From contig NC_092676.1 of the NCBI RefSeq assembly GCF_964355755.1, forward strand, positions 27,050,871 through 27,114,870: 64,000 nucleotides of DNA, given 5' to 3'. The stretch is from Antedon mediterranea. Its lineage: Eukaryota; Animalia; Echinodermata. The notes under the pieces are model-generated. The model made no database searches and was not told the origin of the DNA. It worked only from the letters and a program-made list of their open reading frames with translations. Within the stretch, counting starts at the first letter, position 1. Each line of letters opens with the position of its first letter. Made by a program: the position numbers and the translations under genes. Positions 40,501 through 53,984 of this stretch are shown piece by piece.

Positions 40501-42726
40501 AATTAATTCTTATTATAATGTTATACTATTACTATTTTTTAGGTACATATATAGCGGCAACCCAAAATGGCTAAAACATTTTAAACAGATTTGGACCAAT
40601 ACCTATACCTACCATATAGGTAAGTTTATTTTACTGTTCAAGAACTAGTAAATTTTAAATTGTGTTTACCATGCTATGAATTTGTAACTTTAACAATCAA
40701 TCACTAACACATGTACAGCAGTAGTACTATCAATCAATAGTAATTAGTTAGTAATTGAAATATAGACATACTATAGTATTACTTTTACATATTCATTATT
40801 ATTAGGCATTGTTAAAAGGAAATCAATACAATGCAATATTCCTTTAACATTTAAAAATGTACAATATTTTATGATCATTAATGTTAATGAATCATTTTTT
40901 GTTGGCTTTCTTGCATTTGTTGGGTTTTATTATTTCATTTTGTATCATTGGAGATGTGAAAGTCAGATGAGTCTAAGTTTGACTCTAATCCACACTGCTG
41001 TTTTGTGACGGTTGAGTTTGGCATGTCTCCCCGCCTTGCTCAGAGACCACCTTCCATTCTCTCATGAATGCAATAGCATGGTGCTCAAGCATATGTAGCT
41101 TAGGCTGTATTACACCTGGTGCAATATGCCTGTATTCTGCTAAAAATACTTGTATGATATTTTTTATGTAATTAAAAAATACTTAATTGACACATTAATA
41201 CATTTTATAATTTCAGAAATTTTGTGATGAAAAAGTCAATCTGTGGTGACTGTAGAATGGACCCGAGATCGGACTATCTTAGACATTTAAATAATAGAAA
41301 GTTCTGACAATTTTGTTGAATAGAAATATACAATGTATGATGTAGTCTTAATTGAAAATTGGCGCTTTTTAAACTATGTATATAAATTAGGATGAGAAAA
41401 CAGTTATTTGATTATGAGGTATGTTCATTTAATTAAATTTGTTAGTATAAACTTTCAAAAAGAGTGAAGATATAAGAAAAGCAGATTATGGAGCAGCTGT
41501 ACCAGACAAAAAACTGTTCCCTTAAACGCCAGTGTGTTCTTTCACTTGTGAATGTAGTTTTGGCCCAGGTCATAGTTGTTGTTGAAGTGTAGCATGCCAA
41601 GCAATTTGGTCCATGCCCTGTTAATTTAAATGTTAGCGTGGTAGTATACAGTATCCATTGAAAATTCGCGAATGGCAGGTTGTATAAATGTATATAGGTT
41701 GTAATTTTACATTTGTTAGATTTAGTGCAAATTTGTGATGGTTTTCATATTTTTTAAATTGTATTTTTTATCTTTTTCTTTAAATTTTGTTCCACAACAG
41801 AAGCAAGTAGAACTTAAAGCCTTTTCGTGAAACTGTGTTGCCTACAAAAATGAAAAGAAATTTTAATTTTACCAACCTTTAATTTTATATTATATTTATC
41901 ATACAGTAGTTTGAGTATTTTTGTATAGGCTTTAATTTTGAAGGGCCTAGCTAGGCCTGGCCTGGTAGTTAGTAGTTTTACTAAATTTGTACATGTATGA
42001 TGAATTATATTCAGTTGAAATAAATACAATGATAATAATTAAGCTTATTATTTAATCTATTGTAAATTAAAATGATGTATAGCATGATTACACTACTTAT
42101 ACGTACCAACTAGGCTTAGCTACAACCTAGGCCTAGTTGCGTACAGCCTAGCGAGCGGTTATCAGCCGCGTTCATCGACCTCTCGCCAAATACGCTGTTT
42201 CGCATTTAACAAAACAGTCGAGTTTTTAAATGAAAATTTCTTGAGATTTTCACCGTCACCTCCTAACAATTCAATGTCTCATGTAAGCATATATAATCAA
42301 ACTTTTACCTAGATTTTCCAAGTATTTATGAAAATTACGAATAAAAACAAAAAGTGTACAATTTGACAAGCATTTTTTCAAACTTTCCATTGTTTACATT
42401 TGCTAGGCCGATCGATGTTAATTTTTAAAACTTCCGGGTGTAAATAATTTCGTAAACTTGGTGTTATGCTTAATTACTTACTATTTCCAAAAAATCGGTA
42501 ATTAAAAATCTTATTTTCTAACAAATAGTATAAAAATGGTTTTATAATATTTATGACGAAATTGATTAAATTAATTTAAAGTGTAGTTATAAAAGTTGCA
42601 AATGTCGCGAAAGTTGAACGAGATTCAACCACTCGCGCGGCGTCACGCTCAGGCACATATCGCCGTCTGACAATATTGAGGGCGCTTGACTTTTTCTATT
42701 TATTTTACATTGGTGAAACAGCTGTG
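37506..42726. mobile_element. 5221-bp non-autonomous CAC...GTG DNA transposon with 4-bp TSD (Chapaev-like)
   Basis: Perfect 13-bp TIR CACAGCTGTTTCA; second inverted block AAGTCA(T/A)GCGCCCTCAA; TSD GAAT at 37502-37505 and 42727-42730, confirmed by the empty site in the sibling MITE. Confidence 0.88.
38102..40706. repeat. Four tandem ~635-695-bp units inside the 5.2-kb element
   Basis: Units start ctggctgggtaggctaggc at about 38102, 38798, 39435, 40070. Confidence 0.95.
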
Positions 42727-44022
42727 GAATACACCACAGCATTCAACTGCCTCATCACCCTAATGGTGGTCCCTTAATAAATTTACATTTTTAACAAGTT
42801 AAATAATTGGGTCAATCTCATTTCGTTGAGAGGTCATTATATATTCAGCGCGACATTATTAGAATGTACATGTTGCGTAGCTTGTTGAAATAATTAAAGC
42901 GAAGGCTGCGGCCAAGTTGATAAGAGCACGGATCTGCATGTCATTGTCGTTTAAAAAACTACAGTAGTACACAATGATGTCGTAAAATAAAAGTTTGTTT
43001 GCTCAACTGGTCTTATTAAAAGTCATTTTAAATACACAATGACATTATAAGAATGTGCACATTACGTAGCGTACTGATCTAATTAGCATGAAGGTTGCAC
43101 CGATGTTGCTATGAGCACGAATGAATGTGTAGGACATGATTAAGAGGTGCCTGTCTTCTGTGTGATGTTGTCCTGTACAACATGCGGTGGTTGACCCTCA
43201 AACACAACTAGCATTGCTACGGTAATTTAAAATCTACATTTTTAGAAAGAATGTACAGTACACAATACAATATATTGAACTAAATGATCATAATGAATAA
43301 AAAAGTGATGTAAGAGGTTTTCATTTATTTGTTACCATCTTTAATGAGGGTGGCCTATCCAGTACATGTGAAGGAATTGATTGACATTAAGGACCCTCGG
43401 CATACCAAAGTGACTTTGTGAGTGAGTGTATAATGGCACCTATTGCATAACAAGCAGAGGAGGAGAGTAGGACTCGGAGTTTGAGAAAAATTCTCTGGAG
43501 TTTCAGTCTCTCCGCAATTTCTATTTTTTTCTAATCTATCTCAAGACTTTCACACTAGTATTATCCTCTATTTCAGCATCAGTTTTATATGACCAGGAGT
43601 AAAAGCCTGTGGACTGTCAGGTCCTTGAAGTCCACAGGAAAAGTTGAGATTGAACAGAGACCAACCTCAGAATTCTTGTGGTTAATTAGGAACACCATGA
43701 ATTGGAACAAGCACAGCCCAGGGAAACATCAAAATTATATAGTTTATTGTTTCTAGTACTTGATTTACACAAATTGCAAAACTTTAGTGTACTCTTAAAA
43801 TAAAATAAACTATTCAATCAATGTGAGGGCAGACAATGCACTTATTAAACAGAGCTTTATTGTATTATAGGCATGTATTTAAATATTATCCAAGTGTGTG
43901 TTATGATTTCAATCAATCAAAATTTAGATTTCATTGACCAATACTAGTCAATGTGGTTGATCTCCATCATCTACATTGACTCGGGGTATAATGCCCTCCA
44001 GAATTCTCCACAGCTCATAGAC

Positions 44023-44160
44023 GATCCAAGAAGGGAGAGGGAAGGTTGAGTAGGTGGATCCAAGAAGGGGGTGGGGAGAAGTTTAGTAGTAAGATCCAAT
44101 AAAGGATAGGGAGAGGAGGTAAAGTAGGTGGCTCCAAGAAGGGGTAGGAGGAGGATGAGG
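44023..44160. repeat. Purine-rich ~35-bp minisatellite x4 (gatccaagaaggg...)
   Basis: Direct observation. Confidence 0.8.
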
Positions 44161-44267
44161 TTTTTTAGGCCCTCGGTCTGCCTATTTAAAATTTTTTAAA
44201 TGTACTATACCCAAGTGAGTATAAACATCTCCAAACGAAAGATGCCACTGAACTTTGATACTACTAA

Positions 44268-45134
44268 GGGTATGTTCAGACTCACGGAGTTACGGTGGAG
44301 TTATCTACGCAAGGCGTACGGTAATCCGTGGCGTTAAAAGTCAAGGTGTTCAGACACAACGATTAGCATTCCAAACGTCTTGCGTTTAAAGCGGAAGTTC
44401 CGTCATACCGAAACGGCCGATGGGATACATACACAACAACAACAACAGAGAGCTGAGAGTGACACGCGCGAAAGTTTACAACACTAGCTAGGCCTAGCAA
44501 TATAATACAATGTTACCTTCAAATGTAATGGTTCTTTTGCCGATTTTTTTGCAAATCCTTACAGAAGATAGTAATTTCGAACATAATTATTACACGGACA
44601 ATGACTTTGCCATTATTTGTATGATTTTAATTAATTTTGTGAAATCATGTCGCCGACGCCAACTTCGTCAGGAAGAATTTTGCAGTTTAGATGCAATTTC
44701 TTTAAATTGCCGGCGCTAGCTTTCCAGTTCCTAATTTCTATCTTGTCTATAAATTCAGGGCTGCCCCATAATGAAATCAAATCAGCCACTTCTGTACTTT
44801 TCCATGTAACACGTTTCATTTTAATTCGAATGTTGCTGTTGATCTAGGCTAGCTCGATGAATAGCTATATTGTTTTGCTATTAAAAAAAACCTCGCGAAT
44901 AGACTGCTGCTAATTGCGGTCGTGTCTTTTCATTGGCTGACGTTGACCGGAGGTTGAAATCACTGATGCATCAATGGATTAGCCTTATGAAATCTACCCT
45001 CTCCCGCTGGAGTTATTAACGCCACTGGCGCGGAGTAACAGCTCCCTAACGCTAATCCGCGGCATGGTTCAGACACAAAAATATGTACGCCGCGTACATA
45101 ACTCCACCGTAACTCCGTGAGTCTGAACATACCC
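44268..45134. mobile_element. PIF/Harbinger deletion derivative, 867 bp
   Basis: Perfect ~37-bp TIRs gggtatgttcagactcacggagttacggtggagttat; TAA TSD at 44265-44267 and 45135-45137; internal Myb/SANT remnant. Confidence 0.93.
44600..44819 (-). pseudogene. Frameshifted Myb/SANT (trihelix-like) DNA-binding ORF remnant of Harbinger
   Basis: MKRVTWKSTEVADLISLWG fits W-x3-E-x3-LI-x-LWG; the shifted frame continues FKEIASKL..*RSW. Confidence 0.65.
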
Positions 45135-46871
45135 TAATAAACTTAATTGCAAAGCATTCTAGGCTTCAAGATTATATCCGTTGATTGACGTATCAATTCT
45201 TAAGCCTCTAAAACCTATGACTAGGAAGGGGATAGTTGAAAGAAAAAGGGGAATATTAAAACATCTCATAAACATATACACGACACAGTACTGGTACAAT
45301 CTACAGGTTGTTCACCTCTAATTAAGAGAAGATAAAAAGTTCAAGACATTTTATTAGGGGTCACAGCCACAAAACAGAAGTAGTTTTCTTTTGTTTATAT
45401 TGAAATATTTACAATCTGAAACTTTTAATGGATGAGTGTATTTTGTTGATGCAATATTTGAGACTGGTATACATAACATTTTATTTTAAATATATAAATA
45501 TAGTTGTACGATGCCAAAGTTCATCTTACTTTAAAGTCTAACTTTTACTGCAGTAAAGACTAAAACAATTTACCATAATTATTAAAAATTTTAATAGTTG
45601 TGTCAAAAGGTGTTTCGTAGTCAATATAAGATACACTAAGCTTCTACGTTAACTTTTCCATTTAAAAACAACAAAAACAATCATTGGAGTTAATTACTTG
45701 AAACTTATTTAACATTCATAATTAGCATAAATATGAATGAAGTATTTCTTCAATTAATTTTATAGATTCTATGACTTTTATCACAAAACAGTTGTTTTAA
45801 AAATTCTTTAATAATTTGAAATAGAACAATCAGGTTTCTGGTTGAAGCAGATACTGTAAAAAATACTTTTACTCATTAACGAAAGTTCAAAAATCTGGTG
45901 CAAATTGCTAAAAATACTATCCTAGTAAAAAAAAAACTACGATGCAATAGTCAAACACAGTATTAAGAATATCGGATGACCGTGGGTAAGAACTGCCTAG
46001 ATTTCCGGGCCATATAAAAGTCTTAAAAATTACCTAATTGTATTCAAGACCCTGAGGGTTTATGAAACTATTAGGTAATAGGTAATTTAAAGTAAAGAAT
46101 AAGATATCTTGACATCGTGTTTTTACGTCAGGGTTACTTTTTCCTTCCCTCGTGTATGTCACAGAATTAAGTTTACAAGTTTTTGACTTTTCGGTATTAA
46201 GTGAATTTAGCAGATAAGCTGTTTAGGAACGAGGTGAAAATTAAAGCAAGTGAAATAATGTGAAAAATTAATAAACACTTCCAACATACTTACTTAGTAT
46301 AATATAATAAAGTATGTAAATAATTGTACACTAAGTTTAGTAATCAACTTTCAACAGTTTGTTTTTAAAAAATGACATTTTTCAGCAATTTAAAGAACTT
46401 TTTATAGTTTTATAATTAAATGAATATAAAATAATATGTATTGGCTATGCTTTAAATAAAAATTAATGAAAAATATTTCTTTTTATCAAAATAAAAATAC
46501 GAAATTAGATGGTAAATACGTCTAAACAAATAGAACAGTTTTTAAAATAATAATGATTTGGTTAAAAAAAATGAAAACGAATATTGATTATCAACAGAGA
46601 GACACATACTCTGTACGCTTATTTTACAATCATAATAATTGTGAATTTTTAATAAATAAATAGAAATAGCCTTAAATTGACCTGAACACAATTTGACTGG
46701 CATTATAATTACAATAATTACTGTAGGTTATTATTGCATGCTTTACTGGTTGACCTGCTAACACTGAATAGTGTAATTTTCAGGAGGGATTTTACAACAC
46801 AAAGCTTGGCACTGCAATTTGCAATTCCATTTTACAACATTTAAAAAGTAATTTGCTTTGGCATAAATTGT

Positions 46872-46955
46872 TGTGGTTGGGGAGGTGAGTCTGTGGTTGG
46901 GGAGCAGGGGTGTGGTTGGGGAGGGGAGTCTGTGGTTGGGGGAGAGGGGTGTGGC
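46872..46955 (+). repeat. G-rich 19-20-bp minisatellite x4 (tgtggttggggag...), followed by (ATT)n at about 47009-47037
   Basis: Direct observation; at least 4 GGGG runs. Confidence 0.85.
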
Positions 46956-49041
46956 TGCAGCCTTTGACAGTTAAATGACATTATTTTTGATATTTATTTT
47001 GAAAAACAATTATTATTATTATTATTATTATTATTATACATGTTATTTTTAGTTCTCTCCTCTCCCGTTTGAAAATTCTGGATCCCCTTGGCCCCTTGGG
47101 ATGGGCTTATCCTATATAGCAGGGCAGGCTGTATACCTAAATCATTATTATAATACTCAAAATTTCTATTTTATAGGATGGGCTATAATAAAGTTATATA
47201 TAAATATAAAATAAAGTCTAAAATATCTTCAAAATTATAGAAATGATAATCTCATTTATGATACTGTGCCTTTCGTTGAATTCAAAATTATTGCTTTTAA
47301 GTTTGTTTTAAGCAGCTTTACTAAGCATTAAATATAGAAGTTGGAGATTGTGTAGGAAGAAAAAATTGATCATTAATTGCCTTGTTGAGAGAGATATCAA
47401 TCAATTTAGAGAAAATAGATAGTGATTTGAGTAGGTTTGTAGAAAAGGGGTAAACTAACTGTAATGTAAAAGCTGGGGATAAACTGACAGAAATATCTTT
47501 TTAATCAATAAATTATATAATATATGTCAACAATAAATCAACAGATAAAATGTATTTATATATTGGTACACAAATAGTGAAATATAATTACAGTGTGAGA
47601 ATTTATCATCTTCTATTATTCATTTATCATTATTTATTGTAGTTTATTTAATGATTTAACAATGAAAAGTACAATTTAAAGTACACTATGTAAATCATCC
47701 TGCATAAAATGCCTCCCTCATATTATGTAATACCGGAATAAAAATCGGTATAGATAAGCTGACTCAACGACCTTGTACGACCAATATATGTTCTGTTGAA
47801 GAGAACAGCTAGAAGCAGGTGGCCTGCCTAGACAACCAGTGAGGACCACATAGACTGTAGGCAAGCTAGGCAGCATACACGGTCCTAAATATACTCTGGC
47901 CTAGATAAAGTTACTACGCCACTAGAATGTTCAGTCATTGACTCTATACTGAACTTTCTTGGAAAGATATACGGGCATGGGACTTAAGCCTAGAGACATA
48001 CTGTACTCATCTATCTGGTTGCTAAGGACGATTGACAACAATTTAAATTCTTTGATTTATCTACACAACAGAAGAACAAAGAGTCTTTTTATTTAAACTA
48101 TTGTAACTTTTGCCAGTAATTTTTGTTCATTATTTTACCATTCTAAACCAACTTAAAGACTTTTATAACCAACTACTTTAAAAAACAATTTAAAGATCAA
48201 AATAACAGTAACAATCCCTTCAATATTCACTGTACAAATATTTTTTAAATATTATTATTATTAAAGTATTATTACGAAAAATAAAGAAATAAAAAACAAT
48301 ATTTTTAAATTGTTTTTAATTATTACTGATAAAATAATTTCTAGAAATTAGTGAAAACCACTCTTCCGACAATGGAGAACTTTGTTTGAATTTGCATTTT
48401 ATGGTCACTCGTGCACTTCTGATCTCTGGTGTTTTTTGGTCGTCTTTAATTAGCAATCAAACATAAATGACATTACCCAGACATTTTGTCCCCTTACATC
48501 CCTTGACGTTTACTATGATGCAAACACAGATTCATTGTAAAAGATAGCACATTCTGCAATCATACAATGGGATAAGCGGAGACAACTAGGCTAGGCTTTC
48601 TCCATTAACCCACTGTTGCGATATCAACACGCAGATCCTCACTGCAAAGAGCGAGCCTGATTGCCTTGTGCTATTTGTTTGCAGCTTAATCCATGCAGCC
48701 TAACCATTCTTTTTTCTACAATTAACAATTGTTCTCGTACACAACGTAGGATTTTATTATCATAATTTTTGTATTGATGAAGACAAAATAATGCATTCAT
48801 TAATAGAAAGCCTGTGATTTTTTTCTTTTCTAGGTTATACAACAATTATACATGTGACATATATTTTTAATTAGAATAAAATAATCTTTATAAATTGTGC
48901 TTTGAGAAAAATAAGGTTAAAATTCTCTGGGCTGTGATAAAGTACCATGGTTCCTTGTACATGACACATTTCTAGAGTTTTATACAGTTTTACATACAAT
49001 TTGTATATCAATTTCTGCTAAATTGTTTAAGAAATGTCTAA

Positions 49042-49189
49042 AGCTCTGTCTACAATATCAAACTGGTTTGACACATAAAGTGTGATGTACTCAAATATGG
49101 TAGTGATATGCTCAAATATGGTAGTGATATGACATCATTGTGTCCATATATGGGCACATCACATTTTTTCACATAGTTCAGACAGGGCT
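49042..49189 (+). mobile_element. MITE family C copy
   Basis: taa|agctctgtct ... agacagggct|taa. Confidence 0.88.
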
Positions 49190-52100
49190 TAATGTTCGCT
49201 CTTGGAGAATAGTGAATATCCAAGAAAGTTAGGTACATATAACGAAAGTTAAACAATTTTCCAACAAAGAAATTAAAGAATATTGATGCAAATCTTAATA
49301 TTCTGAAATTCCATCAGTGTGTGAATAGCATTAATTAAAACAGATGGCCATATGTATTTTATTCATTGCAATTTTGCTCCAGCCTTTCTCTAATGAGATT
49401 GAAAGAAATTGAATATATTCTGAAGATAATAGTTCAAAATCAAACCAGTCTATTTCTAAATATATAGGGCATGAAATTGATTATCCACATAAAAATCATT
49501 CAGCTATGAATAATAAGAACTGGAAAAAGGGACTAACCACGGTAATATTGATATTCTTGTAGTGTGTTGTTATGTATTAGTGAATCAGAATTTTTAACTG
49601 CTCGACGAGCCACTAATAGAAATTATTAATAATAATGATAATTCACGGTCATTACAAGGGTGAGTTAAATAAGTATGAGTATAAACGATCTTAACGATAA
49701 TGGCAGAAATGATAAATGATTCATAATACTTCTTCTTATTTAAGCACATAATAGTTTGTCAAATCATCAATTGTACACAATGACAACTTAAACCCATGCT
49801 TTCTACGGGTCTGTTACTGCTGCAAGCCCCAATACACCATTTATTTTAAAATATAATTTTTATATTAACTGCATTTCTACTAAATTTTGGCTCTTAACTA
49901 ACCGTTTAAATCAGTGGATGGTAATCAACGGAAATCATTAGCATTACCCAAAATGCAATTGGCTCTGGTAGTCAATTCAAATGTTACTGCAGTGTAGTTG
50001 ACTCAAGGTCAGTGGCTGTCATTCAAATAACCGTTATTTTGCGTTGCAGTTGCACAGCAATAACCAGATCAAATCAATTCGGTATTTTAACCATTATTTT
50101 CAGGCTGCCATTTAACCGGGAACTGAAAATTTATCTTCATTCTGCTGCCAAGAAATTAGGGTAAATTTATTCACACAGTTTATAACTGGTTATTTTTTTC
50201 CAGCAGAAAGAGTACCTTAATACAGTATGAGTGAAGTGGGGGTACTGTTTTTGTAAGAATAGGCTTCTAAGGGTAAACTTCATTTAAGAAATACTACTGG
50301 ATAAACTACACTGACACAAAAGCGGAAATCCCTTTTTAATAATCAATTAATTAAAATTGATTTTAAAAACCATAAAGCCTTGAATTGCACTGTAGAGGAA
50401 GATGAAGTCTACTGTATTCATCTTTTTTTTTCAAAAGCTCTGTTGCAAAATACTACATAAAATTGAAAGTTCAATGTCAGCAACATGAATAAATTTAGCA
50501 ATATTTTTTTTTACTTTCTTTTACTACACATGCGCCAAGAGTAGAACGCTTCTGTACAATTTATAAATACGATTGATCAATATATTAATATACTGTACAA
50601 ACACAGTATGTGACCCTTGTCGTGTACTTTTACACATCATATATTCTCTATTATATAATAAGACATTTTTGCAGGTTGGTAAATATGTTCTGTATGTAAA
50701 TTTAAATTCAGTATACGATTTCAAATTTTAAATGTAAGTTACCATTTTTTTTAATCGGGTCGTAAACCTAGAAGTTGTCGTTGCAATGTACATATGACCT
50801 AGTGACGAATAAAATGACCGTCCAACTTGAAATCTCACGCAGCTAGCCTCAATTTGTTATACATGAAATGTGATAATAAGCCAAAACGTGATGATATTAA
50901 TATTTGCAGAAATATAGTGTGAATTGTTAGCTAGAAGGCTTTGGCCTTCCAAGCCATGGTTTGAAACCAATTGATGATTACATTGCATATCCTTGAAGAT
51001 ACCACGTTTGGCTATCTCCACCAAGGAGTATAATGGGTACGGTACTTTCTGTATTCTTGTACTCATTGCTATAGTGTTTGTCCAATCGTAACAGTAAATT
51101 CAATCACTGATGGTTCCATTTATGATGACAAGATAACTGGACCCTGTCAATTATTAAGTGGTGTCTATGATTGTTTTTAAATACAGACCAGTTGAATCGG
51201 TCTATGCTATTACCCCACATACAGGTTCATGGGCCAGTACATTTGTATGTGTTTGTACTGGACTGTAGTTGCAAGATTAATTTAAACTTTGATAATGCTT
51301 GGTTTACAAATAATTTTTCTAAATCTCAACTGGGTATATTAACTATCATATTCTTTCTCACATGAAGTTCCATGAGTCGTTTACGAGTTAAAATATGCCC
51401 GCATTAAAACACCTGGTTATAAAAACCCTTTCTCGCCTACGTGCTTCGCTCAAGGACGAATAACGTACAACTGTAATAAGTGAACAAAACAAGCAAGAAT
51501 TCTATTTTAAAGCTAAACTATTGTTAATAATAAATCATGACCTTATCAATATTTAAAACATTTTTTTCTCAATCCAATAAAAAAAACCACCCTTAATTTT
51601 TGAATTCACAACCACTGAATGGCAGGAATAATAAGCAATAATTTTACACTGAAAATATCGACAAAAATATATAATATCATTAACATTATATAGTAGATTT
51701 AATGCATTTTTACCAAACTGAGAATAATGAGAATTAACATTTCGATATACTAATAACTTTTGTCAAGGTCCATCATTTCCTTAATAGTAAAAATTCCATA
51801 ATTTGTAACATAACCATGAACTAACTAAAAAAGTACAAGCCACTTAAAAAAAGCCTGTAACCTTCAATTGGCCTTGATAAAACATTTTCATAAATTTTAG
51901 ATAGATAGTTATAAAATTGGATTAATTGATCATCTATGTAATAAATACATAAAGCATTTACAAGGCTGAATTTGTCACATTTGTCTTGTTTTTTAGAGGA
52001 TTCCAGAAAAAATTAATTGAATTAAAAATTTTTTTAAATCAATAACCTTTGAGTTCCAAGGTGATGCCTAAGTGATTGTGAAGTTTTATTTCACTTTTAT

Positions 52101-53810
52101 AAATTAGACAACACCACCTAAAAAAAACACCTTCATGTATTTAAATCGAATATCTTAATGGCAATATTTAACAGCATTAAAACTTTAAAAAGCTTTCCTT
52201 CCTGCTTGTAATACTGCATAATGTAGTCTAAACTCCATTTCATGAAGAGGGGTGTTTAATAAATGTTTTCCTTTTCAAGTCTATCTCACTCTTCCAGGAG
52301 TATAAGGCTATTATTGGTTTATCCAGGTAAGCTAGGCACGAAATTATTTATTTAAGAATTTGACAAAAGATAATCTTACATTGTCTGTATTGTCTAGAAG
52401 AACAAAAACGTTGTGGTGCAAAAAGGTGTGGTCAATACCCAAAATGAATTAAACTGGGTGTTACACCCAGCAGCAACTCCTAAAGTACAATTACATACAA
52501 AACACTACTAACTACAGCAACCTTCATGAGATAATGAAATCATTGTACATGATAATGAACTTGACATTGGAATTTTGACATCTTGTATTTGAAATGTCAT
52601 ATTTTAGATTTGCTACAGCAGACACTAGCTATCAATTTGAAAATTAAGTCTCCCTGGGAAATAGAAAAGAAGACAAAATCCCATAATAATTCAGTCATTC
52701 ACCTTCAGTTAAATACATTCTCTCTCAGTAGGTAAATTATGTGAAAATGGGATTGTTCGCGATTTATATCTAGAACATAATAGATGCTCCGATTTCCATA
52801 GCAATGAATATCGAGAGGGGGAAAGACGCATTCCTTGAGGGCATCTTAAAATAGTAAAATGATCGAAGGTTCATACTGTACAAACGTCATCACCTGTCTT
52901 GGTCATGTGACCAATTCGAATGATAAGTTCGAAAAAACAGATTGGGGATTTTATTTTGACAAAAGAAAAATGGTGTAGGTTAATATGTCAAACATATAAA
53001 CCGTTTTTTTCTCAGCCTAATTAAGATAAATAAAAAATGGATACGAAAAGTAATTGTTATTGATTAGACTGTCAGTTACTACTGAACTGTACATACCTAC
53101 AGTATTGTACATTATACAATATACACTTGTACTATAAATAGACATGTGTATAGAATACAGCTAATTTCAATACCTTTACATCAAGTTGTTATGCAATAAT
53201 TATATTTAAACAGTATTTATATATTTATTTATTGTTTTCTTTTCAGAATATGAAAAAAACAGTATGTAAAAGAAATGGGTATACATAATTACATTTTTTT
53301 CTGGTTCTGAAACTGAATTAAAAACGTCCTTGTAACTAATAAATATTATATTGTATTGTTATAGCAAGATGCAGAAAGCAATTTAAATATGTTTACGAAT
53401 TAGGCTATTTTGAAACAAACCATTTCACGGTCTCAAATACATATGTTCTGAAGGTCAGTCCGCAATTATTCTAGACCTTCAAAACAACCTTTAAATTTTA
53501 CTATTAAAAATGTATGTTTGACTGAAGTAATAGTATATTATAACATCGGTAAAAATACTAGTAATAAAACCTATATCATTTAATGTTATTATATAATTAC
53601 AGTATTTAATATTATATTGTAATACAATTCTCAATTCTCTATTCCTTAATGATACAAAATTTAATCAAATTAATTCCAAATTTTTATATTAATTATGAAA
53701 AATAGAATGTACCAATTATTCTACTTATTTATTCAATTTAAATGAATATTTTAATTTAATTAAATAATAAATTTCTTATGTAGATTAATTATGTACTGTA
53801 CATAATAACT

Positions 53811-53984
53811 ATTTCACTGATGAAGGGCTAGTGTTGCCCGAAAGCTCTGTTAACTTTTCTGGCTGTTTTACTTTATCGTTTTGATTTAGCTTTTCGCTTT
53901 TTTTTTGTATCTCCATTCATTGAGATCCAGCCACTGACACCTACAGCATTGTCATTTTTTCAGTATTTTGTCTTTGGATTTAAA
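53811..53984 (+). ncRNA. Minimal hammerhead ribozyme remnant, copy 2
   Basis: CTGATGA(53817)-a-GGGC tagtgtt GCCC-GAAA-GCTC: intact core and stem II, palindromic AGCT stem III; stem I degraded. Confidence 0.7.

Noticed and set aside
37506-42726. Bona fide RAG/Transib transposon
   Set aside because: The TSD is 4 bp rather than 5, there is no ACAAAAACC nonamer, and no RAG1/RAG2 coding sequence is recognisable; kept only as RSS-like architecture.
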